Origin: Pyrodictiaceae archaeon
GTDB lineage: Archaea; Thermoproteota; Thermoprotei_A; Sulfolobales; Pyrodictiaceae
Direction: 5' to 3'
Assembly (NCBI GenBank): GCA_027036135.1
Contig: JALVSY010000007.1
Span: 580,880 to 644,879, forward strand
Length of the DNA: 64,000 nt
Made by a program: the position numbers and the translations under genes. Positions 49,647 to 59,620 of this stretch are shown here, one piece after another (position 1 is the first letter of the stretch; every line of letters starts with the position of its first letter). The notes beneath the pieces were generated by a model. That model ran no database searches. It was not told where the DNA came from and was given only the letters and a program-made list of their open reading frames with translations.

Positions 49647-50771
49647 CTAGAGCTTGGAGTGTATTACGTAGCGGAAGATATGGTAACGAGCCAGCCCACC
49701 CTCAGGGCTTGTGGGGTAAAACCTTGCTTCAACAACACCGCGTACATTGCTGACAACTAGTCTCTCTATCTCCTCGAGGACATGCTTATTCATGGATACA
49801 TCAACGAAACTCTGTACATAGAAATAGATTGGCGCTGGCTCTACAGGCTCTACTGGCGTCTCTATACGTGACGACCAGAGGTCGCCACGCCTTGCTAGAG
49901 CTAATGCCTCTCCCATTATGTGTGCACGTGACCTCCTATTAACAAATATGACCCAGGCACCCTCCAGCAACCTAATCGCTTCTCGTTCATCTTTGCAGAA
50001 CTTCTTTGAAGTGAGAAGCTTCTCCATGTGATCGCTTAGATTATTCCATGCAGGCTCTATGCCCTGCATAGAGGCCTTTAGGCCTACACTTGAGGCCTCG
50101 TAGCGACCAGTGCATATCGCATCAACATCCTCGTATAGCAAGTGCTTGTGCAATGTTCCGGAGGGATTGAATATGGTGAGCCTCTTTGCAGCAATGCTTA
50201 TCTCGCCGCTAGCAGCGCTGTTGAGTAGGGCGTCAGCGACTTTCTTGCCAATACCCATATCCTCTAGCTTATCCACGTACACTTTCCACTCATATATCTG
50301 GGAGGAGAGATGCCACTGCCTAATAAGATCCTCTAGTATCTCCTCTACCTCGTTCTTCTTCAGCTTGTTCACCTTAGCTAGTATCTTTACCGCTCTCTTT
50401 ACCTCCTTCTTATTATTGGGGTCGAACCTTACAGCTTGTAAGCACTTCTCGCATAGCGGTATAAACTTGTCGAAGATAGCTATGCCCCGTTCACGGGTAA
50501 CGACGTAGTCCCAGTACTCAGTTACATCTTTGACCTTCTTCCCACAGACCTCGCATCCACTTTTATACAGAGACTCTATATGTTTCCGCAGCTTCTCTAT
50601 CTCTTCGTTAGCGGTATTCTCATCTACTCCTGTGATACTGGCTGCAAGGAGGTAATCGAAGTACATAATATTAGCTAGCAATACGCCCCGCTCTATCAGG
50701 GGCTTGGGCACCAGTACTGGGCATAGTCTTCTCATTACTTCGCAGATACCAGCCCTCACTACTATCTTCAC
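49647..50771 (-). CDS. Hypothetical protein with degenerate HNH-like zinc module
   Basis: CEVCG...EYWDY...LCEKC; C-terminal GAWVIFV. Confidence 0.6.
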   Translation of the reverse strand: MKIVVRAGICEVMRRLCPVLVPKPLIERGVLLANIMYFDYLLAASITGVDENTANEEIEKLRKHIESLYKSGCEVCGKKVKDVTEYWDYVVTRERGIAIFDKFIPLCEKCLQAVRFDPNNKKEVKRAVKILAKVNKLKKNEVEEILEDLIRQWHLSSQIYEWKVYVDKLEDMGIGKKVADALLNSAASGEISIAAKRLTIFNPSGTLHKHLLYEDVDAICTGRYEASSVGLKASMQGIEPAWNNLSDHMEKLLTSKKFCKDEREAIRLLEGAWVIFVNRRSRAHIMGEALALARRGDLWSSRIETPVEPVEPAPIYFYVQSFVDVSMNKHVLEEIERLVVSNVRGVVEARFYPTSPEGGLARYHIFRYVIHSKL

Positions 50772-51017
50772 CTATGGCTTGGTGGAGTTGCTGTAATTCC
50801 ATCAGCGCTTCTTTCTGATCTTTTATATACTTCTATTGTTGCTTCTCTTACTCTGTCTAGGTAAGCCTTATTAGTACCCACTTCTAGTTCTGGATGAAGA
50901 ATAAGTTGATATATCTTGTGCCTCTTTAAATGCGTATAGAAAAGTATATAAGTATGGGTATTGGCTACAATAAACAGAGATATATGAAAAACAATAATAT
51001 ATATTCCTAATTGTGTT

Positions 51018-51887
51018 TCATAGTACCTCTTTTAGTAGTCTCGGTATATCGTATGGCATCTTGGCAACTGGTATACCTGCTTTGCGAAGCGCTTCTACCT
51101 TGTCCTGGTATGCCCCAGTACCCATAGATATTATCGCGCCGGCATGACCCATTCTCTTGCCCGGTGGGGCAGTCCTACCAGCAACGTAGGCTACTATTGG
51201 CTTGGTGAACCTGCCCTCGCGGTACATTGCGGCAACTCTTTCCTCCATGTCACCGCCTATCTCCCCTATCATCACGACTGCCTTGGTCTCGGGGTCTTTC
51301 TCCAGCATCTCTAGTGCCTCGACAAAGTCTAGGCCAACTATTGGGTCACCGCCAATACCTATTGCTACTGATTGTCCGATGCCCTCTCTTGTCATAGCTG
51401 CTGCTACTTCGTAGGTGAGTGTACCGCTCCTAGAGATTATTGCGACATTGCCTGGCTTGAAGGGTGATACTGGCATTATTCCTATCTTTATCCGCCCGGG
51501 CACTATTATGCCGGGGCAGTTTGGCCCTATTATCACTGTTCCCTTGGACTTGGCGTAGTTGACGAACCTCATCGTGTCGTGGACGGGTATATGCTCTGTT
51601 ATCACTACTACTAGTTTGAGCCCAGCATCTATCGCCTCATATACGGCATCTGGAGCGAACCGGGCAGGCACGAATACTATGCTGGCATCTGCTCCATGGT
51701 TCTTCACTGCCTCCTCAACGGTATCGTAGACGGGGACGCCGTGTACCTCTCTCCCGCCCTTACCAGGGGTTACGCCAGCAACTATCTTTGTGCCATAGTC
51801 TAGCATTAGCTTTGTATGGAAGCTTCCCTCCTTACCAGTTATACCTTGTACTATTACCCTTGTATCACGATCTATGAGTATAGCCAT
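51018..51887 (-). CDS. sucD: Succinyl-CoA ligase alpha subunit
   Basis: [29 protein letters not shown]. Confidence 0.96.
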   Translation of the reverse strand: MAILIDRDTRVIVQGITGKEGSFHTKLMLDYGTKIVAGVTPGKGGREVHGVPVYDTVEEAVKNHGADASIVFVPARFAPDAVYEAIDAGLKLVVVITEHIPVHDTMRFVNYAKSKGTVIIGPNCPGIIVPGRIKIGIMPVSPFKPGNVAIISRSGTLTYEVAAAMTREGIGQSVAIGIGGDPIVGLDFVEALEMLEKDPETKAVVMIGEIGGDMEERVAAMYREGRFTKPIVAYVAGRTAPPGKRMGHAGAIISMGTGAYQDKVEALRKAGIPVAKMPYDIPRLLKEVL

Positions 51888-51892
51888 GGGGC

Positions 51893-53038
51893 TCACCTCT
51901 CTCGTGCAAGTTGTATAGCTTTGTCCGCGGCCTCTATGGGGTCTATGAAGGCCTCGAGGCCTGCTTCTCGCAAAATCCTTCGGCCTTCTTCCTCATTGGT
52001 TCCTGTGAGCCTTACAATTATGGGCTTCTTTTGCCCCACCTCCTTTATCGCTGCCACTATTCCTCTAGCTACCTCGTCGCACCTCGTTATGCCGCCGAAG
52101 ATGTTCATGAATATTACCTTTGCCTTGGGGAACTCATAGAGTATCTTTAGTGCCTCTTTCACACGCTCAGCTGACGCTCCTCCACCTATGTCGAGGAAGT
52201 TTGCCGGCTTTCCACCACGCTCGTAGACTAGGTCCATTGTGGCCATTGTGAGGCCTGCGCCGTTCCCGATGATTCCTACATCGCCGTCTAGCTCCACGAA
52301 GGCGAAGCCTAGGCGCTGTGCCTTGGCCTCTAGCTCTGTGTACTCACCTGTCTCGGCGGGGTCGCGCTTCGCTATCTCGGGGTGACGGAACAACGCGTTG
52401 TCGTCAATGATTATCTTTGCGTCAAGGGCTACGAGCCCGTCGCTGGTGACCGCTAAGGGGTTTATCTCGACAAGGTCGCCGTCATAGTCCACGAATATCT
52501 GGTACATAGCGAGCAGTATCCTCTCGAACACCTGGAGCCTCTTGCCGCTTAGCCCTAGCTTCTTACCGAGGCCGCGGGCCATGTATCCCCGCAGGCCTAT
52601 CCATGGATCAATATAGGTCCGGTGTATCTCCTCTGGCTTCTCCTTTGCAATCTCCTCTATATCAACACCGCCCAGTCTAGAGACGAGCACGACGGGGCGA
52701 CGATGAGCACGATCCATTGTTATGGATGCGTAGAGCTCGGCCTCGTGGGGAACAGCCTCCTCAACGAGCAAGATCTTGGGCAGGAGACCCTTTATCGGCT
52801 TATTGAATAGCTCCTCGGCTATCTTAGCAGCGTCCTCAACGGTTTTCGCTATCTTTATGCCACCGGCCTTGCCCCTACCGCCTACCAGGACTTGGCTCTT
52901 AATAGCGACTGGCGGCTCTATCTCATGCCTCTTTAACAACTCCTTTATGTCAGCGTCTCGTTCGAGGACAAAGCCGCGAGGAACCGGTATGCCATACTTA
53001 GCGAATATTCGTTTAGATTCATACTCGTAGAGCTTCAA
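51893..53038 (-). CDS. sucC: Succinyl-CoA ligase beta subunit
   Basis: [40 protein letters not shown]. Confidence 0.96.
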   Translation of the reverse strand: MKLYEYESKRIFAKYGIPVPRGFVLERDADIKELLKRHEIEPPVAIKSQVLVGGRGKAGGIKIAKTVEDAAKIAEELFNKPIKGLLPKILLVEEAVPHEAELYASITMDRAHRRPVVLVSRLGGVDIEEIAKEKPEEIHRTYIDPWIGLRGYMARGLGKKLGLSGKRLQVFERILLAMYQIFVDYDGDLVEINPLAVTSDGLVALDAKIIIDDNALFRHPEIAKRDPAETGEYTELEAKAQRLGFAFVELDGDVGIIGNGAGLTMATMDLVYERGGKPANFLDIGGGASAERVKEALKILYEFPKAKVIFMNIFGGITRCDEVARGIVAAIKEVGQKKPIIVRLTGTNEEEGRRILREAGLEAFIDPIEAADKAIQLARER

Positions 53039-53155
53039 GGAACAAAACCCACCTTACACGGGTTATCCATGAGCTACAAAAGGCCTTGGTAAAATAGAAA
53101 GTTTTTGCTAGAGGTAGTAAACTGGGTCTATTCGCGAGTAAAACCAATTTTGGTA

Positions 53156-53890
53156 TCACGAGGCTTGATTCTTATACGTCTGAGAAGCGTATACTTTCTC
53201 GCAGCTCTTCCATCCTAGTAGCACAAGGAGGCGTTGTACCTCCTTAACAGTGGCTTCTAGTTGCTCCATGGGCACCCTGGGTACACCAGCAGCCACTATT
53301 AGTACTCGTCTTGTAGTATCACGTATCATCGTGTAGCGGCTGTCCCGGTGCGGATAAAGGTGCATCACTACCCCACGAGAGTCAACCATTATGGGTACAC
53401 CGCTCTTTATTTTCTCCTCCCTGCCGCCTATCGGTAGGAATACCTCCTCTCCTCTAGAGAGCCTTATCTCGGCAGGAGGATGGAACGAGTCCATATCATA
53501 TATGCCGACAGGGACCATGTACTTTGCAGAGGCAATATTGCCAGCGTCCACGACGGGGTTTATACGCGGCCATCGTCCCCTCAGTGCTCTGCGTACAAGT
53601 GCTTCACTACTAGGCCTAGTCTTGGTCGGGTCAATTCCTATTCTCCAGTAGAAGTCCCTGTAGGCTCGTACAATTGGATCGTCTCGCAGTGATTCAAGGC
53701 TATATCTCTGCCTCAGGTATTGGAGTAGCTCCTCTACCTTACTGTCTAAGGCGCCTGGGTCCAGCTTGCTTACTGGCCTACCACAGGAAGCCGAGTACGC
53801 AACCATGATACCCATTTTAGCCGCGTCATCTCTTACTCGTAGAACTTTCTCTAAGCCGGTGCAAAGAGTGCTTAGACATTCCTCTCCCAA
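53156..53890 (-). CDS. Stand-alone B3/4 (PheRS-beta editing-like) protein
   Basis: AYRDFYWRIGIDPTKTRPSSEALVRR, INPVVDAGN, G.YD, RDS..T.I. Confidence 0.88.
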   Translation of the reverse strand: MGEECLSTLCTGLEKVLRVRDDAAKMGIMVAYSASCGRPVSKLDPGALDSKVEELLQYLRQRYSLESLRDDPIVRAYRDFYWRIGIDPTKTRPSSEALVRRALRGRWPRINPVVDAGNIASAKYMVPVGIYDMDSFHPPAEIRLSRGEEVFLPIGGREEKIKSGVPIMVDSRGVVMHLYPHRDSRYTMIRDTTRRVLIVAAGVPRVPMEQLEATVKEVQRLLVLLGWKSCEKVYASQTYKNQAS

Positions 53891-54054
53891 GGCAGCGGGC
53901 CCGTGGGGAAGAAGAGCATGTATGGTGGGCTAAATGCATGCTTACTACAAGGAGGAACCAGTTTAACCCTGTGAAGGCTGGGAGAGGCAGATGATTAGAG
54001 GAAATGGTAAAAAAGGTATGGGTTTAGGGGCTCCTTAGCTATATGTGTAGCCCC

Positions 54055-54246
54055 TTAGTGTATTAGTTGCCAGACGTTGCCCCATCCGCTCTGTATTCTG
54101 AATATGTCGCCATTGCCCGGTAGGCTAAATCCATAGTATCTTGGGTCTCCGTAACCGAAGGCGTAGTACTTGGGGTCGCCATAGCCTAGGGCTGCTACTA
54201 CTGCGGCTACGGCTGCTACTAGGGCTATCTTGGTCTTGGGATCCAT
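54055..54246 (-). CDS. Small secreted peptide with G-x-G-[DN] repeats
   Basis: Signal-like MDPKTKIALVAAVAAVVAAL, then GYGDPKYYAF/GYGDPRYYGF; the DNA repeats differ mostly at synonymous sites. Alternative start GTG 54282. Confidence 0.75.
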   Translation of the reverse strand: MDPKTKIALVAAVAAVVAALGYGDPKYYAFGYGDPRYYGFSLPGNGDIFRIQSGWGNVWQLIH

Positions 54247-54460
54247 TGCTAGGCGTGCGAGTATCTTCTTTAGAGTCTTCACCCCTTCTCACCCTCAGGG
54301 ATTTCTTTTCTTGTCTCTTCGGCCTCTCGGCCATGTATAGAGTAGGGCTAGGTGATTGTGTCACGTCTTTGTAGATGAAAAGGCATATATTGAGAGCGTA
54401 TGAGCCGAGGCGATGAATTAATACCTTATAGGTGCCTTGAGAAGGCTCTAGGGCGGTTAA

Positions 54461-55378
54461 ATGAACCTAGTTGCCTTAGGCATTATGGCCGGTGTTGTAT
54501 TGCTACCAGTGCTGAGAGCCCTCGGTCTGCACAGGGAGGCCTCGGTCCATGCGTCACGGATTCTCATGATACTAGCATTTGTGGTTATATTTCTTGTCGG
54601 GGTATTAGCTGGCGGTGCTATTCGGGCACCGTTTCTTGCTCTAGGTGTTATATTACTCGGCTTAGCTATGTCGATTACGAGTATCTTGGCTAGCTTGTTG
54701 GCTGCGTCTCTGTTGCTAAGGCCGCGTAAGTGGAGCGAAGAGACGAATAAGGAATCTATGGTAGAGGCGAGCCTGGGTGAGACGTTTACTCCGCTCCGGG
54801 CACTTGCAGTGATGGCTCTTGGCTGGGCTCTGGGTCTCTTCTCGCCAAGTCTCTCAAAAGGAGTGTTGGAGCAGGCTCTCTATTACCTTGTCTCTGTCCT
54901 GGTATTTGTAGCTGTGCTCTCGGTCGCGGCTGAGATAGATACAGTGATTCAGAGCACTAGGCTCTTAGGCCTAGGAGCTCTACTAGGCGCACTAACTATG
55001 CTCTCGAGTGGTCTCGCTCTCCTAGTATTCTATCCCTTAACACACATAGAGCCACGAGTACTAGTCGCCATCGGAGCTGCTTCTGGCTGGTATAGCCTAG
55101 TAGGCCCATTACTTACTAACATCAACCCCGTGTATGGCGCTATGGGGTTCCTTGCCAATCTGTTCCGAGAGTCTCTACACATAATTCTCTACCCAGTGAT
55201 TTCTGCGAAGGGATTAGCATTGCCGGGAGTGGCGATGGGCGGCGCTACCTCCATGGATACCGGGTTGCCAGTCATATCCATCTATGGTGATAAGGAATCA
55301 ATGATAGCTGGCATGGTGCAGGGAGTAGTAATAACACTAACTGCTCCCGTAGTCTTATCGATTCTGCTCCCTAGCTAA
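54461..55378 (+). CDS. LysO (DUF340) family exporter
   Basis: GWYSL.G, F.AN..RE, GGATSMDTGLP motifs. Confidence 0.82.
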   Translation: MNLVALGIMAGVVLLPVLRALGLHREASVHASRILMILAFVVIFLVGVLAGGAIRAPFLALGVILLGLAMSITSILASLLAASLLLRPRKWSEETNKESMVEASLGETFTPLRALAVMALGWALGLFSPSLSKGVLEQALYYLVSVLVFVAVLSVAAEIDTVIQSTRLLGLGALLGALTMLSSGLALLVFYPLTHIEPRVLVAIGAASGWYSLVGPLLTNINPVYGAMGFLANLFRESLHIILYPVISAKGLALPGVAMGGATSMDTGLPVISIYGDKESMIAGMVQGVVITLTAPVVLSILLPS

Positions 55379-55450
55379 ACGAGCAATGCCTTGCGCGATG
55401 CGGATAAGGGGTATCGGGGAATTAGCTAGTTTGTAGCAGGGGCTGCCGTC

Positions 55451-55726
55451 GTGGGTGTTGATCTAGTCTTCGAGCTTCAATACCTGCTCAGCGATGTACT
55501 CGGGGAGGAAATAGTTGTCGAGGGCTATAGCTATAGCGATGAAGGTGTACTCTGCGTAGAGGCGAGGATTCGCGGAGAGCATAGAAGAGCTTGTATTGAG
55601 ATAAAGCAGTGCAAGGCTGTGAAGAGCCCCGGTAAGCGCGGGAAATGCATAGTAAGATTCCTATCATCAAACGAGAAGGCGTTGGAGGAGCTGCGCTCCA
55701 AGCTTGTAGGGGGCGGCAAGGCATGA
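55451..55726 (+). CDS. Hypothetical protein with four Cys
   Basis: 91 aa; 4-nt overlap with sua5. Confidence 0.6.
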   Translation: MGVDLVFELQYLLSDVLGEEIVVEGYSYSDEGVLCVEARIRGEHRRACIEIKQCKAVKSPGKRGKCIVRFLSSNEKALEELRSKLVGGGKA

Positions 55727-56385
55727 AGCCAATCATTATACGAATAGACCCTAGTAATCCCTCGGAGAACGAGCTACTGAGAGCAGCCCAGCTTGCTAGG
55801 GATGGAGGCCTAGTGGTCTATCCCACGGACACGGTCTATGGCCTAGGCACTAACCCGTTGATGCCTAGCGCTGTTACCCGGGTCTACCGCGTAAAGGAGA
55901 GACCCATGGATAAGCCACTACCAGTACTAGTATCGAGCATAGAGGCTGCGAAACGCCTAGTCGAGATAAGCCCCGTTGCCGAGTGCTTAGCTAGGAGCCT
56001 ATGGCCGGGAGCAGTAACACTCGTACTCCCAGCGAAACCTATTGCTCCAAGGGAGCTCCATGCAGGGACAGGGAGACTTGGCGTAAGGATGCCGAACCAT
56101 CAAGTAGCGCTAAGACTCATAGAGATGAGTGGAGGAGCACTTGTCGGCACTAGCGCGAATAAGCACGGAAGAGAGAGTCCCCGCACAGCAAGGGAGGTCA
56201 TTGAGCAACTAGACGGTGAGGTAGATGTGGTAGTTGACGCAGGCCCTGCCCCTGGCGGCAGGCCATCAACGGTGGTAGAGATACGAGGTGACGAGATAAG
56301 GCTCGTTCGTGAGGGGCCCGTAGGACTTGGCGCGATAAAACGGCTACTAGTGAAGTGCAGGCAAAGGGTGAGCGCACAAGGCTAA
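55723..56385 (+). CDS. sua5: Threonylcarbamoyl-AMP synthase (short TsaC/YrdC type)
   Basis: YPTDTVYGL, K.R...KPL, WPGAVT, RMP, TSAN, PSTVV. Confidence 0.93.
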   Translation: MKPIIIRIDPSNPSENELLRAAQLARDGGLVVYPTDTVYGLGTNPLMPSAVTRVYRVKERPMDKPLPVLVSSIEAAKRLVEISPVAECLARSLWPGAVTLVLPAKPIAPRELHAGTGRLGVRMPNHQVALRLIEMSGGALVGTSANKHGRESPRTAREVIEQLDGEVDVVVDAGPAPGGRPSTVVEIRGDEIRLVREGPVGLGAIKRLLVKCRQRVSAQG

Positions 56386-56426
56386 AATACACGGAGAATC
56401 TAGGTATTGAATATGGTTGGTTCTCC

Positions 56427-57227
56427 TTGTCTAGGGAACTAGCATTAACTTATCTATCAAGCATAAAGCAAACGGTACGTGAGGCCGAGATAACCGACTA
56501 TATTATGCCGATATGGCTTCCCTACTTGGCCAGTATCCTCGCAGTAATAGGAGGCCTCATTATCTTAGTTTACGCAATTATGCTTAACACGAGTATGCAT
56601 CCGCTACATCACATCTATTATGCTGGCCTACATCAAGTTGAGGTACAGGAAACCAACATTGCGATGGGCTTGGTAGCGCTAATGTCGATAGTAGCCCTAA
56701 TAGGCACTATAATAAATCTCTACGTTATATATAAGTGGATAGCTAGGAGAAATGGCCACTTCTCCCGAGTACAGCGCTTATACTCTGGCGTCATAAGCTT
56801 CCTAGAAGCACTCGGCGTAAGCGACCCCGAGATAGCGAGTATGAAGAACATAGCAGAGGAGGCCAGGTTCCGCGAGTCCGAGAAAAGCGCTGGTCTATGG
56901 CTAATACTTTATATAGTGCTAGGCTTCATAGCCTGGGCTTACATAATGCACTTCCTAACCCGGGACTTCGTGGAGCACGAGTACCGCGAGCAACTCTTCT
57001 TCAAGAACCTAGCCGAGATAGCGAAGAGGAGGAACCTAGTCCTAGAGTTGCCTCGGAGAACAGTACCGGATAGGAACACTGTGCTCTACTTAGTACTGAC
57101 AATAATAACGCTTGGCCTCTTCGGGCTCTACTGGATATACACAGTGACGAGGGACCCCAACGAGCATTTTCTAGAACACCGCGTATTCGAGCAAAGACTA
57201 GTAAGTGTGCTTGAATCAATGCTCTAG
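56427..57227 (+). CDS. DUF4234-like membrane protein with internal repeats
   Basis: Repeated TM + 'N.HF' units; R..VLYLVLTIITLGLFGLYW. Confidence 0.7.
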   Translation: MSRELALTYLSSIKQTVREAEITDYIMPIWLPYLASILAVIGGLIILVYAIMLNTSMHPLHHIYYAGLHQVEVQETNIAMGLVALMSIVALIGTIINLYVIYKWIARRNGHFSRVQRLYSGVISFLEALGVSDPEIASMKNIAEEARFRESEKSAGLWLILYIVLGFIAWAYIMHFLTRDFVEHEYREQLFFKNLAEIAKRRNLVLELPRRTVPDRNTVLYLVLTIITLGLFGLYWIYTVTRDPNEHFLEHRVFEQRLVSVLESML

Positions 57228-57235
57228 GGAGGGGC

Positions 57236-58243
57236 CTAGACTCCTCTCAAGAGCATGTGATATACTAGCCACTGGAGCGGCGCCGGGATATACCTATTGA
57301 AGCATAGCTCGCAGTAATCGCCCCGCCCCCGGTATTTTTCCGAGACACGGTTAAGCAGCTCCTCCTCTTCCCGGGAAAGGACTAGGCCAGCAGCCCGTGC
57401 CGCATCGGCTACATGCTTCTCCCTCCTAGCGCCAACTACTGGGATAGCACCGCGAGCCACTAGCCATGCTAGCGCAACAACAGCCTTGGATACTCCATGT
57501 CTCTTAGCTATGCTCTCTAGCACCTCCTGTAGCTCTCTATCTCGGGCGGCTCGCAGGAAGACCGGGTCCAGGGCCCTAGCAGCGTTATCGGGTCTCGTCT
57601 TGCCAGCAAGCGCGCCCTTAGCTAGAGGACCCCACGCCATGAGCTTTACGCCTAGCCTAGTCGCTGTGCCTACTAGCTTGTTCTCGGGGACACGGTGAGC
57701 AAGACTATAGTGGACCTGGTCAACCAGTATCTCGTATCGATGGAGACAATGAACGGCCTCCTCGAGGAGCCTCGAGCCGAAATTGCTGACCCCAATGCCC
57801 CATGTAAGTCCCTCATCTATTAATCTCTCGAGGAGCCTCGCAACCCTACACGCACTAAATGGCCAAGGAGGAGGCCAATGATAGAGAACTATGTCCGGTC
57901 TACGGCCAAGCCTACGAGAGGAACCCTCAACTGCTCTTCGGAACCCGGTCCACGTGACACGGTACCCCGCAATCTTCGTGACTATAATCGCTTCCTCCAG
58001 CGCCCCGTGACGGCGCAGCGCCTCGCCTAGGAGACGCTCGCTCCTACCATTACCGTATATCTCCGCTGTATCGAAGAGGTTGAGACCGTTCTCGAGAGCG
58101 GCGCCGACCACGCGGACAGCGTTGTCTGGGCTGTAGCGTCCCCAGAGCCTGCCACCAGCCTGCCAAAAACCGATACCGATAACGGGTACTCGGAGACTGC
58201 ATCTATGCCCGAGGCACGTCCTCCTAGGACTCTTCTTGCCCAA
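57236..58243 (-). CDS. Aldo/keto reductase
   Basis: DTAEIYG.G.SE, TK, HWP, IGVSNF, PLAKG.L.GK. Confidence 0.92.
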   Translation of the reverse strand: MGKKSPRRTCLGHRCSLRVPVIGIGFWQAGGRLWGRYSPDNAVRVVGAALENGLNLFDTAEIYGNGRSERLLGEALRRHGALEEAIIVTKIAGYRVTWTGFRRAVEGSSRRLGRRPDIVLYHWPPPWPFSACRVARLLERLIDEGLTWGIGVSNFGSRLLEEAVHCLHRYEILVDQVHYSLAHRVPENKLVGTATRLGVKLMAWGPLAKGALAGKTRPDNAARALDPVFLRAARDRELQEVLESIAKRHGVSKAVVALAWLVARGAIPVVGARREKHVADAARAAGLVLSREEEELLNRVSEKYRGRGDYCELCFNRYIPAPLQWLVYHMLLRGV

Positions 58244-58270
58244 AACAAGGTGCCTCCACTGAGGCGTGTC

Positions 58271-58606
58271 CTAGCCTAGCTCGTGAATCTCTCTCCTAAT
58301 CTCCTCCGGCTCATAGGGCTCCGTGTCATAGCGTATATAGAACTCGTCGAACTCGCCGCGATAAGGCTCCCAGATAATAACGATCTTTTTAACCCTTGCC
58401 AGTGGCGGGCCCCGGTGAGCCCACTTTATAACCTCCCCAACTGCTTCCCTAGGGCCCTCAATAACAGCCTCAACGCTGCCATCGGGCATGTTGCGAACCC
58501 AGCCCTTTACCCCTAGGCTGTCAGCGACCTCCTTCATAGTAGCGCGGAAGAACACTCCCTGCACCCTGCCATATATGCGTAGATAAGCCCTGGCCATCTC
58601 GGTCAT
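58271..58606 (-). CDS. acyP: Acylphosphatase
   Basis: [24 protein letters not shown]. Confidence 0.95.
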   Translation of the reverse strand: MTEMARAYLRIYGRVQGVFFRATMKEVADSLGVKGWVRNMPDGSVEAVIEGPREAVGEVIKWAHRGPPLARVKKIVIIWEPYRGEFDEFYIRYDTEPYEPEEIRREIHELG

Positions 58607-58680
58607 GCTTATTCACCTCGTTTCCTCGGCCTCCCTTCTAGCCATGTAATACTCTTCTACAATATACTCGGCGGTCTTGC

Positions 58681-59466
58681 CTAAATAGGCTTCCTCCCTA
58701 GACAATTATGGGAGCACACATACTGCCTAGCCCTGGTGATCACCGAGCCATGTTTCTCAGCTACTGCCCTAACCAGGCCAAGGCCTAGCTCCACGATCCT
58801 TGAGCGACGAAAATGATTCCGAGCAAGGCCCCTAGCGGCATCAGCTCCGAGAAGCTCTATCGCGGCCTCACTCGGTGCCCGCAGCGTACCCGGCGCAGAA
58901 GCTAGGAGAGGCGGCCTAAACATGAACCCCTGACCAACTACTGCTACCGGGGTGTCTCCCCTCCTCCAATAGTGCGGCGAGTAGGCAAGCCAAGGCCATC
59001 TACGAAGAGCCTCTCCCCATCCCGTTGACCTGGTATCAAGTATCTCTTCGATAGCAATGCCTCCCACGAAGTATATGCCAGCGAGTCCCCTCTCTACCAG
59101 TTTTCGGGGCCTAGTAGCCAGGCCCGCGTAGTCCTCCTGGACAAGACCAGCAACGAATAACAAGACGTCGCCGCGCCCAAGGCTCCTTGGCAGTCTTCCG
59201 CGGGGGGCCCAGTAACCAGTATAGAAGCCCTTATCGAGCCTAGGATCATTGTGGAGAACAGGGCTATACCTAGCCATGTAGAAGGACAGTGGGCGGAGAC
59301 TACAGAGCGACAGGAGGCACCGTGGCCGAAGAAAGCATGGCACCCTCCTCATAGAGCTGGTCTCTGGTATGGGGATGAGGCTAACGCAGCCGCCTTGGTG
59401 AAGAACCGAGTACTGGCCACCATTAGAGGTGTCACTCCAGGCCCGGAGCACTAGGCTGCGTGCCAA
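58681..59466 (-). CDS. Nmad3-like (nucleotide modification-associated) protein
   Basis: R...DT..GG..S, IPIPE, HNDP, GD.LLF.AGL pattern; recalled from the family, not searched. Confidence 0.55.
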   Translation of the reverse strand: MARSLVLRAWSDTSNGGQYSVLHQGGCVSLIPIPETSSMRRVPCFLRPRCLLSLCSLRPLSFYMARYSPVLHNDPRLDKGFYTGYWAPRGRLPRSLGRGDVLLFVAGLVQEDYAGLATRPRKLVERGLAGIYFVGGIAIEEILDTRSTGWGEALRRWPWLAYSPHYWRRGDTPVAVVGQGFMFRPPLLASAPGTLRAPSEAAIELLGADAARGLARNHFRRSRIVELGLGLVRAVAEKHGSVITRARQYVCSHNCLGRKPI

Positions 59467-59620
59467 GACCCAGCTACCCTTCCAGTACTCCCTCTATATA
59501 ATCCTTCACAGAAACCACCACTATATCTGGTGAGAAGAGAGACTAGTTATTGGCAACGATTATGTCTGAAGCCATGTTTTTATCTAAGCACGTTAGTAGT
59601 TCTCTACTTGGCGTAAGGCT

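Noticed and set aside
50772-51017. AT-rich intergenic stretch (origin or small ORF?)
   Set aside because: No ORB-like repeats or cdc6 nearby; the short minus-strand frame has no supporting features.
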